From Carcharhinus amblyrhynchos (lineage: Eukaryota): DNA of 64,000 nucleotides. The notes beneath the pieces are model-generated. The model was not told the DNA's origin and searched no databases. It saw nothing but the letters and a program-made list of their open reading frames with translations. The position numbers and the translations under genes are program-made. Shown here in pieces: positions 37,885 through 51,967 of the stretch (position 1 is its first letter; every line of letters starts with the position of its first letter). The stretch covers positions 15,624,001 through 15,688,000 of the forward strand of contig OZ336895.1 in NCBI GenBank assembly GCA_965287045.1. Reading direction: 5' to 3'.

Positions 37885-38960
37885 TTGCTATCTGAACCAC
37901 AAAAGGCTAGTGTGCCAGTTCTGTAGGTCATTGGGAAGGCAAAAGGAATGTTGGCCTTTATTTCAAAGGGAGTGGGGTATATAAATAGGGAAGTCTTGCT
38001 AACACTATACAAAGTGCTAGTTAGTCCACATCTGGAATACTGTGAACAGTTTTGGTCCTCGTTTCTAAGGTAAGATATACTCTCAATGGGGGCATTCCAG
38101 AGAAGGTTCATGAGGTTGATCCCAGGTATGAGAGGATTTTCTCACGAGGAGAGGTTGAATGGATTGGGCCTGTACTCAATGGAATTTAGAAGAATGTGGG
38201 TTGACTTTAGTGAGACAGAAAGGGGGTTTGACAGGGGTAGTATGGGTGGCACTGTGGTTAACACTGTTGCCTCACAGCACTAGGGATCTGGATTCAATTC
38301 TGACCTCAGGTCACTTCCTGTGTGGCGTTTGCATGAGTTTCCTCCAGGTGCTCCAGTTTCCTCCCATACTCCAAAGATGTGCAGATTAGGTTAATTGGCC
38401 CTGGCAAATTGCCCCTTAGTGTCAGGGAGACTAGCTGGCTGTTGTTTGTGCAGGGTCGGTGGGTCAAATTCTGCACTGTTGAGATTCTATGATTCTATAC
38501 TGAGAAGTTGTTTCCCCTTGTGGGAGAGTCTAGGACCAGAGGACACAATCTCAGAGTAAAGGCTTAAAACAGAGATTAGGAGGAACATTTTCTCTCAGAG
38601 GGTAGTGTATCTCTTCACCTCAGAGAGCTGCAGGGGCTGGGTCGTTAAGTGTTTTCTAAGCTGAGGGCTGGAATTCTATGACCTCACTCGCAGCTGGGGT
38701 TTTGTAGTCCCTCTGCAGTGAATGAACATTTGGCTGAGCATCAAATTCTCTGTTCTCATTGGCAGTGGCACCGGGGTGTGCTATAGTAGAGAATTCTGGC
38801 TGAGGTAGACAGATTTTTAATCAGTAAGGGAATGTAAAGTTATAAGGACAAGGCAGGAAAGTGGTTTTGAGGATTATCATATCAGATCTTATGAATGGCA
38901 GAGCAAACACGATGGGCTGAATGGTCTACTTTTGCTCTTATGTCTTATGATCTCATGGTC
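37885..38960 (+). mobile_element. CR1 LINE 3' fragment with nested HE1 (38243-38497) and MITE
   Basis: Translates QRRFMRLIPGMRGFSHEERL and ends in a GTCTTAT tail. Confidence 0.88.
38666..38801. mobile_element. MITE with 3-bp TSD (GAG)
   Basis: GAG|GGCTGGAATTCT...AGAATTCTGGCT|GAG inside the CR1 motif GCTGAG.TAGACAGA. Confidence 0.85.
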
Positions 38961-39497
38961 TATTTAGATACATCCACCGGCCCTTTCCTTGTACCCCTTT
39001 TTTTCAATTTCTTAGATTTACTTTTCTGTTTGGGTCTATTATGGATTCTGCTCCACTATTGGTTCTGACAGGACGTTCCATTTAAAACAGACTCCCTTTA
39101 ATGATTGTGAATTCTTTACCCATAATTTCTAACCAGTGGAAATACTTTATTTTCAAACTGATCTTCAACTTCTTGGAACAGTACCTCTCTGCCATCTCCT
39201 TCCAATGGAAAAGGAGACCCTTGATATATGATTACTTCACTGCTATGTCAAACTTGATTCCAAAACTGTCCCACAAGTCCCTACTACCAGCTGTTTGTTA
39301 ATATTTTCAGAGTATGGAATGCTCCTGACTTTTCAGGAAAGGTAAACTTTCGGGTCAGACAACATGAATGCATTCCTACCACATTCAAAGGAATTCTACC
39401 TTCCCTTAAATGTTTGGTATTTACAGTGCAGGGGCAGCTTCAAGTCTTTAAGATTTCATTCAGTAAAGGAGAAGAATAAATGGAAGCAGTGGGGAGA

Positions 39498-39815
39498 AGG
39501 GTGGCACAGTGACACAGCAGATAGCACTGCCAGTTGCCTCACAGCGCCAGGTACCTGGGTTCCATTCCAGCCCTGGGTGACTGTCTGTGTAGAGTTTGTG
39601 CGTTCTCCCTGTGACTGCGTGGGTTTCCTCCAGTTTCCTCCCACAGTCCAAAGATGTGTGGGTTAGGTGAATTGGCCATTCTAAATTGTCCCGTAGACAA
39701 TCAGAGTGGATTAGCAGGGTAAATACGTTGGGTTACGGGGATCGGGTCTGGATGGGATTGTTGTCCGCGCAGCCTTGATGGGCTGAATGGCCTCCTTCTG
39801 TACTTTAGGGATTCT
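39498..39815 (+). mobile_element. HE1-type SINE
   Basis: Full-length copy. Confidence 0.9.
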
Positions 39816-41019
39816 AAGAGATATGAGGTAGCTCTTCAGTGGTGAGGATCTGAGTTGGGCCTGAAGACTGGACAGGCTTGGGCTTTTTATCTTGGAAAGG
39901 AAGCATCTCTTATTGGGAAATATAATATTATAAATGGTAGAGAAATGGTTAATCTGGAACACAACTTTAACTTCAACTGTGGGAACAGGACAAAGTGAGG
40001 TCGTTTCAAGTTATTAAAGGGAGTGGTACCAAAAGGTTGTTCTTCAGGTAGTTGTGGCAAAATGCAGAAACAGGTTTCACTAAAAACCACGGGGGCAACT
40101 TTGAGCCCACGCTTGCTGTCCGTGCAAATGCTGGAAGGGGATAAAGATCCAGATTCGCAGATATTACTGGCGAGATCATAATCTCATATCTCCCCTACCC
40201 CTCGCTGGCAATGCCATCAGGTTCACACCCAGAATGGGCATAAACCTGCTTTACATGACTTTGAAAGGATTTTAATATAATTAATGCACCACACCCGCTC
40301 CCTGCCGTATACTGACCCCCTCCCCACTGTATATTGACACCACGCCAATGTAATGTCATGTCAGTGCGGTTTACAGCAGATTCACGTTGGTGATTGTCTA
40401 GGGGGATGTGGGGAAAGGACCAATGATCAGGGAGAGGGGTTAGTGATTGGGGTGGGTGGGGAGACTGTTTTAGGCCAAGTGTCATAAGATGTGGAGAGAA
40501 AACAGACCAGTTTCTCTGAAGATAGACATGCTGGTTTTCTCACCAGAAACAACACCCTGCCAGTTTTTGGTAAGACTCCCCCACATGTGCACCAAACTGA
40601 ATGTTTCTGCAAAATATTATTTTAAGGTGGGATTTTCTGGCCCCTGATCCAGTGGGATCTTCTGTGGTCACTGACAGCAACTCCCTGACATGGGTTTCTC
40701 GACAGCGAGTAACAGGAGACGCCATTGACAGCAGCAGGACTGGAAGATCCCACCACCGTCCAATGACAGGCCAACTCAACTGCTAAAAGCATGCTGAAGG
40801 GGGTGTGGAAAATCCTGCCCTACATCTAAGCCCATGTTCACCCAGCTCCAACACAGCTATACACCGCTATGGACAAGAGTAGAAACTCTTCATCCTGTTA
40901 GGCATTTGGAATGAATATTCAAACTGGATAAAGCCCCTTACTCAAAAGGTAATAAGGTAGAATAAGGAAACAAGATCACAGAAGCAAGACATTGTCAATG
41001 CTGGAAATCTGAAATCTAA

Positions 41020-41405
41020 TAAGAACATAAGAACATAAGAAGTAGGAGCAGGAGTAGGCCATCTAGCCCTTCGAGCCTGCCCCGCCATTCAGTAAGATCA
41101 TGGCTGATCTGAAGTGGCTCAGTTCCACTTTCCCGCTTTCTCCCCATAACCCTTAATTCCCTTGCCTACCAAAAACCTATCTACCCGCATCTTAAATATA
41201 TTTAGTGAGGTAGCCTCCACCACATCAACGGGCAGAGAATTCCAGAGATTCACCACCCTTTGAGTGAAGAAGTTCATCCTCAACTCCGTCCTAAACTGCA
41301 CCCCCCCCCCCTTATCTTGAGGCTGTGCCCTCTAGTCCTGTTGTCCTTTCTGAGCGGGAAGAAGCTCTCTACCTCTACCCTATCCATCCCCTTCATTATC
41401 TTATA
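41020..41405 (-). mobile_element. CR1 LINE 3' end
   Basis: Translates FFTQRVVNLWNSLP and has a (TAAGAACA)n tail. Confidence 0.9.
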
Positions 41406-42295
41406 TGAAAAAAAGAAAAATGCTAGAAAGGTTCAGCAAGTCTGGTAGCCTCTGTGGGGAGAGGAGATTAAGAGTTAACCTGATGATGGGTCAACAACTG
41501 GAAATAGAAACAGGGAACCTGGTCAGCATGGACAAGTTGGGCCGAAGGGCCAGCCTCTATTCTATATATCTCTTTGAATGTATGTGTGGTACTTTCCAGC
41601 TGCACTCGCTCCAAGGCTGGAAAATCCCCCCTGAGGTCAATGAACCTTTGCATGGTCCATTTCACACCCGCTACAATTCCCGTGGCGGGCAGGACAGAAA
41701 GAATTCCCCCTCTGACTCAATGGTTCTCGCTCCAGCAATCTTTTCATGCAGTGTTGCTATATTTTGCTTTTGATCTGAAGCCAAGAATTTAAAAATTCTT
41801 TCTAATCTACAAATATCTTTCACCAAACAGAAGTTAAATATTGTTTGACCTGAGACTTTGTTTACTTACCACAATGTGACATTGTTGATTTAATGGAATG
41901 GGTCAGCTTATACACAATTCCGCTTCATTTTAACAGCAGAATAATGCATCGATCTTGACATAAACATGATGTAAAATTATATTTGATCTAACACATCGCG
42001 GGCAACGCCACACACTAACTTTCTGCTGAAAACATGTTTTCATTAAATCAGTATAGAATAAAAACAGATGTAAAGGAACAGCTGTGTCACAGACAGAATA
42101 TATTTGCTCTTGCACTGTCTATAAGCAGGATGTTATTTATGGAAAAAAAATCCTTAGCCTTGGAGTGTGTAATTCAATTAAATAATTCAGCAGCAAGCAT
42201 TCATGAGTTTAAAATAAAGAAAGTTATGTATTCTCACATATTTATCCAAAATGAATGCAACATCAGACATTTGGTCACACTCACGCAAGCGCGCG

Positions 42296-42298
<3 letters not shown>

Positions 42299-42367
<69 letters not shown>
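42299..42367. repeat. (AC)34 microsatellite preceded by GCGCGCGCGT
   Basis: Alternating purine-pyrimidine run. Confidence 0.99.
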
Positions 42368-42368
<1 letters not shown>

Positions 42369-42701
42369 CTTTGCTTTGTAATTTTCATTCTCCCACATGG
42401 CAAGCCTGAGTTTTCTTGAATTGATTTAATGATTTAAAGTTGAAATGACAGTTTTGTTATGTGAAGGGTTCATAGCAGGTTGTGAGGTTTCTTGTAGTTG
42501 AACTCTTAGGAGCATAGATCTCAGGTAAATTTTGAAACTGGAACAGATTAGATACTTTGGTTGCTTGAGGATCTATGGCTAGTGTTAGACTTGTTTTCTC
42601 ATACTGGCTAACGATTGATGGATGATTGATGTAATAGGAGGTCGATACTGACCATTGGGTTTTGATTTTTCCTTTTGCCCAGTTTAAAACATAGAGACAG
42701 G

Positions 42702-42828
42702 AGGCAGAATTTTCCCACCCTGCCCGCCACGGTATTTGTAACAGGCGGGACACAGACTATGAAAACATCTGTTGACCGCAGGTGAAATTTTCTAGCCTTG
42801 GGGTGAGTGCAGCTGGAAAATCCAACCC
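42702..42828. mobile_element. MITE with 3-bp TSD (AGG)
   Basis: AGG|AGGCAGAATTTT...AAAATCCAACCC|AGG. Confidence 0.75.
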
Positions 42829-43159
42829 AGGCAGCCTGGAAACTCCACAGTCTTTAGCCCATCCTTAAACAATCAGATGTGTAAATTCCACAAATGGCTG
42901 TGAGGTAGCATCACCAATGTTTATATTTGTTTAGATATTCTCCAGAGACTTGATACTGTCAGTAGTCTAAATGCCAAACGTCACATGATCTATGGCAGCA
43001 AAAGTATTGATCGAAGGTCCATAATATGAGATGCCTACACTGGGCATGGCAGCTGGCATATGAATAAAAGTATACCTTTCCTTCATCCTCAAAATAAATT
43101 ATTTAAAGTCACTGAAGCAGCAGATAAAATGAGATTCACTGAAACTGAAGCAGTGCTTT

Positions 43160-44640
43160 TTTTTATTCATTCATGGGATATTTGATGGCTAGGCCAGCAT
43201 TTATTACCCATCCCTAATTGCCCTTGAAAAGGTGGTGTTGAGCTGCCTTCTTCAACTGCAGTCCCTATTGGTAGGTACAACCTGCAGCGCTTTTAGGAAG
43301 GGTGTATCAGGATTTGAACCCAACGAGTGAAATAAGAGCAATATATTTACAAGTCTACATGGTCGGTGATTTTGAGAGGAAGTTCTGAGGGTGGTGCTCA
43401 CATCCATCTGCTGCCCCTGTGTCCTAGATTGGAGCGGTCATGTATTTGGAAAGCACCGTATAAGGAACCTTCATGGGTTCCTGTAGTTTATCTTGTAAAT
43501 GGTACGCACTGCTACCACAGTGCATCAACGGTGGGGAGAGTGAACATTGAAGGTGTTGGATGGGGTGGCAAACAAGTGGGCTACTTTGTCCTGAATGTAT
43601 TGAATTTCTTCAAGTGTCATTGGAGCTGCACTCATCCAGGCAAATGGTGATTATTTCATTTCACTCCTGATTTGTGCCATGTGGATGGGCTTTGGGGAGT
43701 CAGGAGGTGAGTTATTCCCATATACTTCCTAGCTTCTTGCCTGCTTTTGTAAATACTGATGCAGAGTATTTACATGGTTAGTCCAGTTCAGTCTCTGGCC
43801 AATAGTGACTCCAGGAATGCTGATAATGGGAGATTCAACAATGGAAATGCCATTGAATATCAAGGGGCGATGGTTATATTCTCCCTTGTTGGAGATAGTC
43901 ATTGTCTGGCACTTGTGTGGCATATATGCCACTTGTCAGCCCAGGCTTGGATATTGTTCACGTATTACTGTATTTGCACGTGGACTGCTTCAATATCTGA
44001 GGAGTTGTGAATGGTACTGAACACTGTGCAATCGTCAGCAACCAACCCCACTTCTAACCTCTTGATGGTAAGAAGCTCTTTGATAAAGCAGCTGGAAATT
44101 ATTGGGCCGAGGACACTACCTTGAGGAATTTCTGTGGTGATGCTTTAGAGCTGAGATGATTGACCTCCACCAACCACAACCATCTTCCTTTGTGCCAGTA
44201 TGACTCCAGTCTGCAGGAAAATTTCCCCTGATTTGCATTGAATCCAGCTTTGCTAGGACCCCTTGACACCACACTCAGTCAAATGCTGCCTCGATATCAA
44301 AGGCAGTGATTCCCACCTCAACTCTGGAGTTCAGCCCTTTGTCCATGCCTGGATCAAGGCTCTAATGAAGTCAGGAGTTGAGTGACCCTGGTGGAATTCA
44401 AATTGAGCGTGAGTGAGCAGGTTATTGCTAAGCAAGTGCCGCTTGGTAGCATTGATGACCCTCATCCATCACTTTTCTGGTGATCAAGAGTAGATTGCTG
44501 GAATGGTAATTGGCTGGGTTGGATTTGTCCTGTTTTTTGTGTATGGGACACACCTGGGTAATTTTTGGCATTGCTGGATAGACACCAGTGTTGCATTGGA
44601 ACAGTTTGACTGGGGGTAAGTTCCAGAGCACAACTCTTCA
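43160..44640 (-). mobile_element. Degenerate CR1/L2-group LINE, RT region to 3' tail
   Basis: ORF 44428-44631(-) KITQVCPIHKKQDKSNPANY is the RT N-terminal motif, and 43729-43932(-) reads GVTIGQRLNWTNHVN. The tail is shared with the second SINE family. Confidence 0.88.
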
Positions 44641-47600
44641 AATATATTCATGGGCAGTCAGCGATACAGAGAAATTGAGGCTCAGATTTTGGATATATAC
44701 CTCTACTCCTGAGAGTGTCGGTGGTCCATTCCAGTTCACACTTCAACCTCCTTTCAGACAAAAAAGGAGAATGGAGGCGCTTTTCCGGAAGCTTGGTTCC
44801 ACACGGAAAACTTTTTATTTGCTCCAGTGTGAAGAAACATAATTACTTTGCATCTGAGGCAATCTCAGCTTTAGGGATCTAGTGAACAATTAATGTTGGA
44901 CCTACGCGCAACAGTCCATCAATCATCCGCTTAACCGTCCTGCTCATTCACAGACACAGTGCATCCCAGATTGCTGTGACAATGCAATGAAGCATTCTGT
45001 AGAGGATACATCCGATGCAAATATTTGGATCCCTTGGCAGCCATATTGAGGAGAGCAGCTGCAAGTTACTAATGCAGATGCCGCAATACACAAGACATTA
45101 TAAGCAGCTGTGGCAGAATACAGAAACAAGTTTCGCTGAAGACCACATGTGTGCCAAAGTGGATGTTTCCGTAAAAGCTTATTTTTGAACTCTGTGTCTG
45201 AATATGTCACCTATCTCCTGACAGTCTAAACTGTGTGAGCGCACTCCAATATGGAGAAGAGTAGAAAACTGTTGGGCCGTTCTACTGTGCATGAAACATT
45301 GGAATTATATACAATCTATTGTTAAGGTAATTACAGAAAACAATTTGGCCACAAAACTATGCTGTAGGATTGCAGTACACACTTAACATATCCTTCTGAA
45401 ATACCTCTGTCCTTGATTTCTGCTGAATCAATTTTCCATTTATTTTAAGTGGGTTAATATCTCTGCTAAAATAATAGAAAATGGAATTGAAGATAAACGC
45501 ATCAATGTTAACACCCCACAACATACCATCAGGTCCTTTCTTTCACAACAATTGCTCCAGTCACTTCCTGGTGAAATCACAAAGCTGCTTTTTTAACCAG
45601 CGTTAACCTCATTCAACCAACTCACTTCAGCCAACTGGCTAACAAATTTTAAACTTTACTGATGTCTCTCAATTTTCTCTTTCGATGAGAACAAAATTCG
45701 AGTGCTGAACAATGAGATATCGGGCTTATTCTATTCACAAGGCAAAAGCCTGATTGCTCACTTGTGATTCCATTATTCATGAAACGTTGCCAATGGGAGA
45801 AACTATTGGTCACAATTGATTCAACTGTTTGTCCTGTGTAATTGCTCATTGGATTTTGTGGTTATGGTAACAAATGCATTATGTCTGCCAATTTTTTCAC
45901 AAAATGTTAATCGTGTTTAATAAAAGTGGATTATAATCAGGAAATTTGAATCAATGCATTACTGTACTATCACTAATAAAGCACAATGTGGATTCAATCC
46001 TTTCAGAAACTTTTGTTGACTTTGCACTGACTTCCGTCATCATAGTTGGATAGTATTCTGATCCCAACTCATGTTATTATTGGACAAGTCAGATCCTAGG
46101 GTGTAACTTGGCCTGATAAATCTTAACTTTAATTCTTTCTTTAGCAACATGGAGGGTAGCTACTGAATGGAGTCACAGGACTCAGCTGATGAAATTTTAA
46201 CAAAAGAGTAAAATATTTATTAAACAAGAAAGGATTAATTATATTATACTACTCCTTCACCCCAACTATACCCGTACAGATCTATACAGATTCATAAGGA
46301 TAGGACAAGTTGCAAAATATACCTTATACTCCACTCCTCCCAGTAATTACACAGTCCAGGTAAATCAATAGGTGATTTGTGGTCAGACACAACATTCTGA
46401 AACTAAGTGATAGATGCCACCTTAAACTAATGCTATTGGATTTATCATCAACTCCACCACCAACTGGTCTCATAGAATGTCTGTCTTTCAACATGGGTTT
46501 CCAATCTCCACCCTCAAAGAACTTGCTTTGGAATTTCCTTTAGAACTATACATTCACTTCAACATCCTTAACAAGAATCCACCTCCTGGATTTTGACCTC
46601 TCCTTCTGATGTTCCTCTCCCCTGGATCACCGCATACCGTCAAGCTTCAGCTTCTACACACTCTCTCAGTTAGTCAGCTGCGCCAACGGAAAACACTGCT
46701 TTACGGGCCCACAGCACGGAGCCACCCACCTTTGCTCTGTCAGGCGCTCTGTCAGAGAGTTGGTGTAGACGCGATGGGCCAGATGGCTTCCTTCTGCACT
46801 ATAAGGTTTCTATGATTCTGCGATGATTTAAAATTAGAGAAGAACACCTTTACAAAAAGCTACAAAAGTAAAAGAATATTCCTCATTGGCATTAGTCCCG
46901 CGATAAACCAATCAACATGGAACTAGCTTTACTCTCCATTGCAAGAGATGCTGGCACAATGATTGCATTGCCCAAAATGTCATTCACCACAGTGGTAGCT
47001 GCACTTTAGACCATCAAATAATTCACTTCTTCAGCTCACATTCCATCATTTATGAATCAACGTTTAATGTGTAATATTATCAGTTGCATTAAGTTGCTAA
47101 ACATTGGCCAATGGGATATGAAATTCAGAATTTTGGATAAGATCCATCACAGACACATGTTGACTTCCTACTGCACCCAGAATCACTTGCGTTCCAATCC
47201 ATTGTACTTTAGACATGGAATTTGTGTTTCGTTCTGGAGCTAAGTCCATAATCCTAAAATAATAAAATTAACTCGCGCAGATGAAATGTAGGCAGTTAAT
47301 TTGCATAACAAGATTATTCAAACTCTCTTAAACACTTACACAGTCAATCATCACATAATCATTACTTTGTCTCATCCAAAAAGCTATTTCCTTTCACCAA
47401 AGTCATTCATTAGCGTTTTTTCCCAGCGTTTAAATTATAATGACCAAACCATTTCCTTTCTGAGATTGCCCCTTTATCGCTGTGTTATTCTTCCTGAAAC
47501 TTTAATATATTCTGGCTGCTATTGAGTTAGGCTTTTTTTCCCCCATTATTTAAAACTGGAATCTCTATATTGCGGAAGGAGACCATTTGGCCCAGCTACC

Positions 47601-47794
47601 CTGCGCCAGTAGCAATGCCAACCAGGCCCAATACCTTAACACGCACATATATAACCTACTAATCTTCCTGAAGAGATCAAACATCTCCACCAATTCATGG
47701 GAGTTCCTATCTTGTGACTGATCACAATGGAAAAGTTAATTTGCAAAGGCACTAAACACATTGGGGGACTTGTCAGGTACACACACAGAGGCAA

Positions 47795-48603
47795 AGCCAG
47801 AGTGTTGGAAAGAGTGCAATAATCCATTTCGGTAGGAATAACAGATGTGTTGAGTATAGGGCTAACGGGAGGACTTTGAATAGAGTGGAGGAGCAGAGGG
47901 ATCTAGGTGTATGTGTACATAGATCCCTGAAAGTTGGGAATCAAGTAGATAAGGTTGTTAAGAAGGCGTACGGTGTCTTGGCGTTTATTGGTAGGGGGAT
48001 TGAATTTAGGAGTCGCAGCGTCATGTTGCAACTGTACACAACTCTGGTGCGGCCGCACTTGGAGTACTGTGTGCAGTTCTGGTCCCCACATTACAGGAAA
48101 GATGTGGAGGCTTTGGAGAGGGTGCAGAGGAGGTTTACCAGGATGTTGCCTGGTATGCAGGGGAGGTCCTATGAGGAGAGACTGAGGGATTTGGGGTTGT
48201 TTTCACTGGAAAGAAGGCGGCTAAGAGGGGATCTTATAGAAACATATAAGATGATTAGAGGTTTAGATAGGGTGGATGGTGATAGCCTGTTTCCTCGGAT
48301 GGAGAAATCTAGCACGAGGGGGCATGGCTTTAAATTAAGGGGGGGTAGTTATAGGACGGATGTCAGGGGCAGGTTCTTTACCCAGAGGGTGGTGAGGGAC
48401 TGGAATGCCCTGCCTGCTGCAGTTGTAAATGCGCCTAGTTTGGGGGCGTTTAAGAGATTGGTGGATAGGTTTATGGACGAAAAGGGAGTGGTTTAGATTA
48501 GTGGGTCAATGTTTTTTTTAAAAATAAGACTGGTCGGCGCAACATTGTGGGCCGAAGGGCCTGTTCCACGCTGTAATGTTCTATGTTCTATGTTCTATGT
48601 TCT
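47795..48603 (+). mobile_element. Young 5'-truncated CR1 LINE, open ORF2 C-terminus (47876-48496)
   Basis: 206 aa uninterrupted (RDLGV...YTTLVRPHLEYCVQFWSP...ERVQRRFTR...FFTQRVVRDWNALP), CpGs retained, and a (GTTCTAT)n tail. Confidence 0.95.
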
Positions 48604-49504
48604 AAATCTCCAAACACTTCATCTACCCAATTTTTCAAATATCACTCTGCACGTCACAGAGTCTGCAGATTGTCCATTTAGACTTAGTGGCCATCTCAGA
48701 GTGGTTGAACTGGACTGGAAGCAAGTTATCTTCCATTCCAAGGGATTGCCTGAGAAGAAGGGCTGAAAAGCTGAGTAAAGGAGAAGCGTTGCACCATCCA
48801 AAGCATTGTTTCTTTTTCAGCTAATACAGAGTGCTACTCACTGGACCAAAAAAGAAACCAATGCCTGGCTCTAACCCTGAACTTATACAAAAAGGGCTGG
48901 AATCCATGGAAAGAAAATTAGAAAACAAACTACTTGTATTTTTATTGCCCCTTTGACAACTGCAGGACACCCCAAAGGACTTCACAACTAATGAATTACA
49001 GTTTCGGAATGTAGTCGTGATTGTAATTAGAACCAAGAGTGAAATTAACGCATGAACTTAAAATATAAGTAAATAAAAGGTATCAGTAAATAAAAGATGG
49101 CAATGTCATGAGTGCTATATGTGTTCATTCAACCTTACAGTTAAGACATGTACAGGTATAGCAGTACCTCTTTATAATGATGTCCTTTGAGATCCGTACA
49201 AATTGTATGTTAGAAAGTAGGCATGCTTTACAAAGTGAGTACTTTATTTAAGCTTTTTATTTGTGAAGGAACCATAAAATGGATATCAAAGCTTAAGGAA
49301 CATTGAAGACTCTTATAGAATAGGTCTGCTGTATGTATCTGTTATCCCCAGTGTAAGCCCCAGAGGCAAGGGAAGCCAATGCATTATTCACCATAGTATT
49401 AACCATTCATTAAGTCAGGGGTTTATTGGAAATACTGCAGAATGGATAACAGAGTGTCAAACCTCAATCCTCCCATTACAAGATTCAAACACATCAACAA
49501 TAGT

Positions 49505-49852
49505 GACTGACAACATTATGAAGGGCACGGACAGAGCGGATAGTCAAAAGCTCTTTCCCAGGGTGGAAGAGTCAATTACGAGGGGACATAGATTTAAGGT
49601 ACGAAAGACAAGGTTTAAAGGAGATGTCCGAAGCAAGTCTTTTACACAGAGGGTGGTGGGTGCCTGGAACTCACTGCTAGGGGAGGTAGTGATACAATAA
49701 GGGGCATCTGGACAAATAAATGAATAGGGTGTGAAGAGAGGGATATGGTCCCTGGAAGGGTAGGGTTTTTAGTTCAGAAGGGCAGCATGGTCATTGCAGG
49801 TGTGGAGGGCCGAAGGGCCTGTTCCTGTGCTGTAATTTTCTTTGTTCTTTGT
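49505..49852 (+). mobile_element. CR1 LINE 3' end
   Basis: Translates TRGHRFKV...FTQRVVGAWNSL and ends in a GTTCTTT tail. Confidence 0.88.
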
Positions 49853-50449
49853 TGACAGTGGCTACATTTGACAGTATATTACCGATGTAAGTCTGGAACA
49901 AAGCGTTGCAAGCGCATAAATTCTAATCCATCCCAGCTCCCCTTCTTACCACCTCCTAAAATAGGAAATGTATGTCAATCTACCCTCAGTAATATAGAAG
50001 TAGACCTGCCACGTTTTTCATGCCAAATGTTAACAATTATAAGTTCCTTAGCCAAGCTTTTAAAAAATGACAAAATGTTATTTACCACGTGCTTTGCAAG
50101 ACAGAAAGACCTTTTTTAATTAAGTAAAATAAACTTCAAGATGTTTTTCACAGATGTTTATTCACTCATGGGATGTAGTCATCACTGGCTGGGCCAACAT
50201 TTATTACCCATCCCTGAGTCAATCGCATTGCTGTAGGTCTGGATTCACATGTGAGGCCAGACCAAGTAAGGATGGCAGATTTCCTTTCCTAAAGGACATT
50301 AGTGAACCAGATGGGTTTTTACAACAATCAATACTAGTTTCATGGTCACCATTAGACATTTAATTCCAGATTTTTATTTGATTCAAATGTCACCATCTGC
50401 CACGTCCTCAGAGCATTACCCTGAATCTCTGCACAAAGTAAAAACAAAA

Positions 50450-50755
50450 TTTATTTATTTATTAGCATCAGAAGTAGGCTTATAGTCACACTACAATGAA
50501 GTTACAATGAAAATCCCCTAGTCGCCACACTCTGGCGCATGTTCAGATACACTGAAGGAGAATTTAGCATGGCCAATGCACCTAACCAGCACGTCTTTTG
50601 GACTGTGGAAGGAAACTGGAACACCCAAAGGAAACCCATGCAGACACAGGGAGAATGTGCAATCTCCACACAGGCAGATACGCAAGCCAGGAATCGAACC
50701 CAGGTCCCTGGCACTGTGAAACAGCAGTGCTAACCACTGTGCCACCATGCTGCCT
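50450..50755 (-). mobile_element. HE1-related SINE, alternative tail
   Basis: Same structure as the copy at 3285. Confidence 0.9.
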
Positions 50756-51274
50756 GTATTACCAGTCATGATATCACAACACCACTGCGCCACCAGGACA
50801 AAGAAGATCTCGGGCAGGACTGAACAGTGGGATAAGCAAGATCATGGCATGTCAAGCTTCAAAGCTAATGGATAGCTTAACAAACTGCTCATGTGAGCAA
50901 CTGGAAACCACTGGAATGGAAAGTGTATAAGAAATCAGAATGTTTGGGCTGAATGGTCTTTATTAACAGCTTATCAGTAGACTTGGTGAACAGCTCTTAG
51001 CTTAAACAACTGATAGCAGACAGACACAAACTACAAAGACACTGAAGTGGTTAATTTAAGGTGCAATGTTCCAGTAGGGTTATGACACTGGCCATCAGAA
51101 TGGACACAGGGTGAGGTAAGTGGAAGAGGTTGTAGCAAGATAATCAAGGTTAATCAAGGACAGAAAACACATGTAGCGCCTCTAAAGCTCAAGGCAGATG
51201 GATAACATTAGTGCAGGCTTCTACCCTTTGGCTTAGGCAAAGAGCTCAACATATAATCGGGCATTTTTAATTTA

Positions 51275-51572
51275 GAATCATCATAGAATCCTACAGCGCA
51301 GAAAGAGGCCATTCAGCCCATTGAGTCTGCACCGACCACAATCCCATCCCGGCTCTATCCCCATAACCCCATGCATTTACCCTAGCTAGTGTCCCTAACG
51401 CTTAGGGGCAATTTAGCATGGCCAATCCACCTAGCCCTCACATCTTTGGAGGAAACGCATGCAGACACAGGGAAAATGCAAACCCAACACAGACAGTGAT
51501 CCGAGCCAGGAATCAAGACCAGATCCCTGGCACTGTGAGGCAGCAGTGCTAACCACTGTGCCAATGTGCCAC
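51275..51572 (-). mobile_element. HE1-type SINE
   Basis: Head and tail are clear; the V-domain is partly deleted. Confidence 0.9.
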
Positions 51573-51967
51573 CCTACAGGAACCTTAATTGGACAAGATT
51601 TGCCTGGCAATATAACACCAAAGTCCACTCCAGATATAAAAGATGTTTCAAAAGGATACTGGGAGGACACTTGAGGGCAACCTGCTCAGAGACCAATTAA
51701 AGAGCTATTTCAGGCCACTGCTTAACTCATTGGTATTTGTAAAGTGCAAAGATGTATAGATTTGATGGATTGGCCATGCTAAATTGATTCTTAGGACACA
51801 ATGTTACTGACTGTTCACACCATGCTCCCATGGCATCCAGCCAAATATCCGTTCACTGTCGCAGGATAGGAAAATTCGTGTTAATGGCCATAGGATTCCA
51901 GCCTTAGTGTCCAAAGGTGTGCAAGTTAGGTAGAGTGGCCATTCTAAATTGCCCTTTAGGGTTCCAA

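Noticed and set aside
44944-45210. Cys-rich 88-aa ORF in unique sequence
   Set aside because: No recognisable domain and no convincing splice context on either strand.
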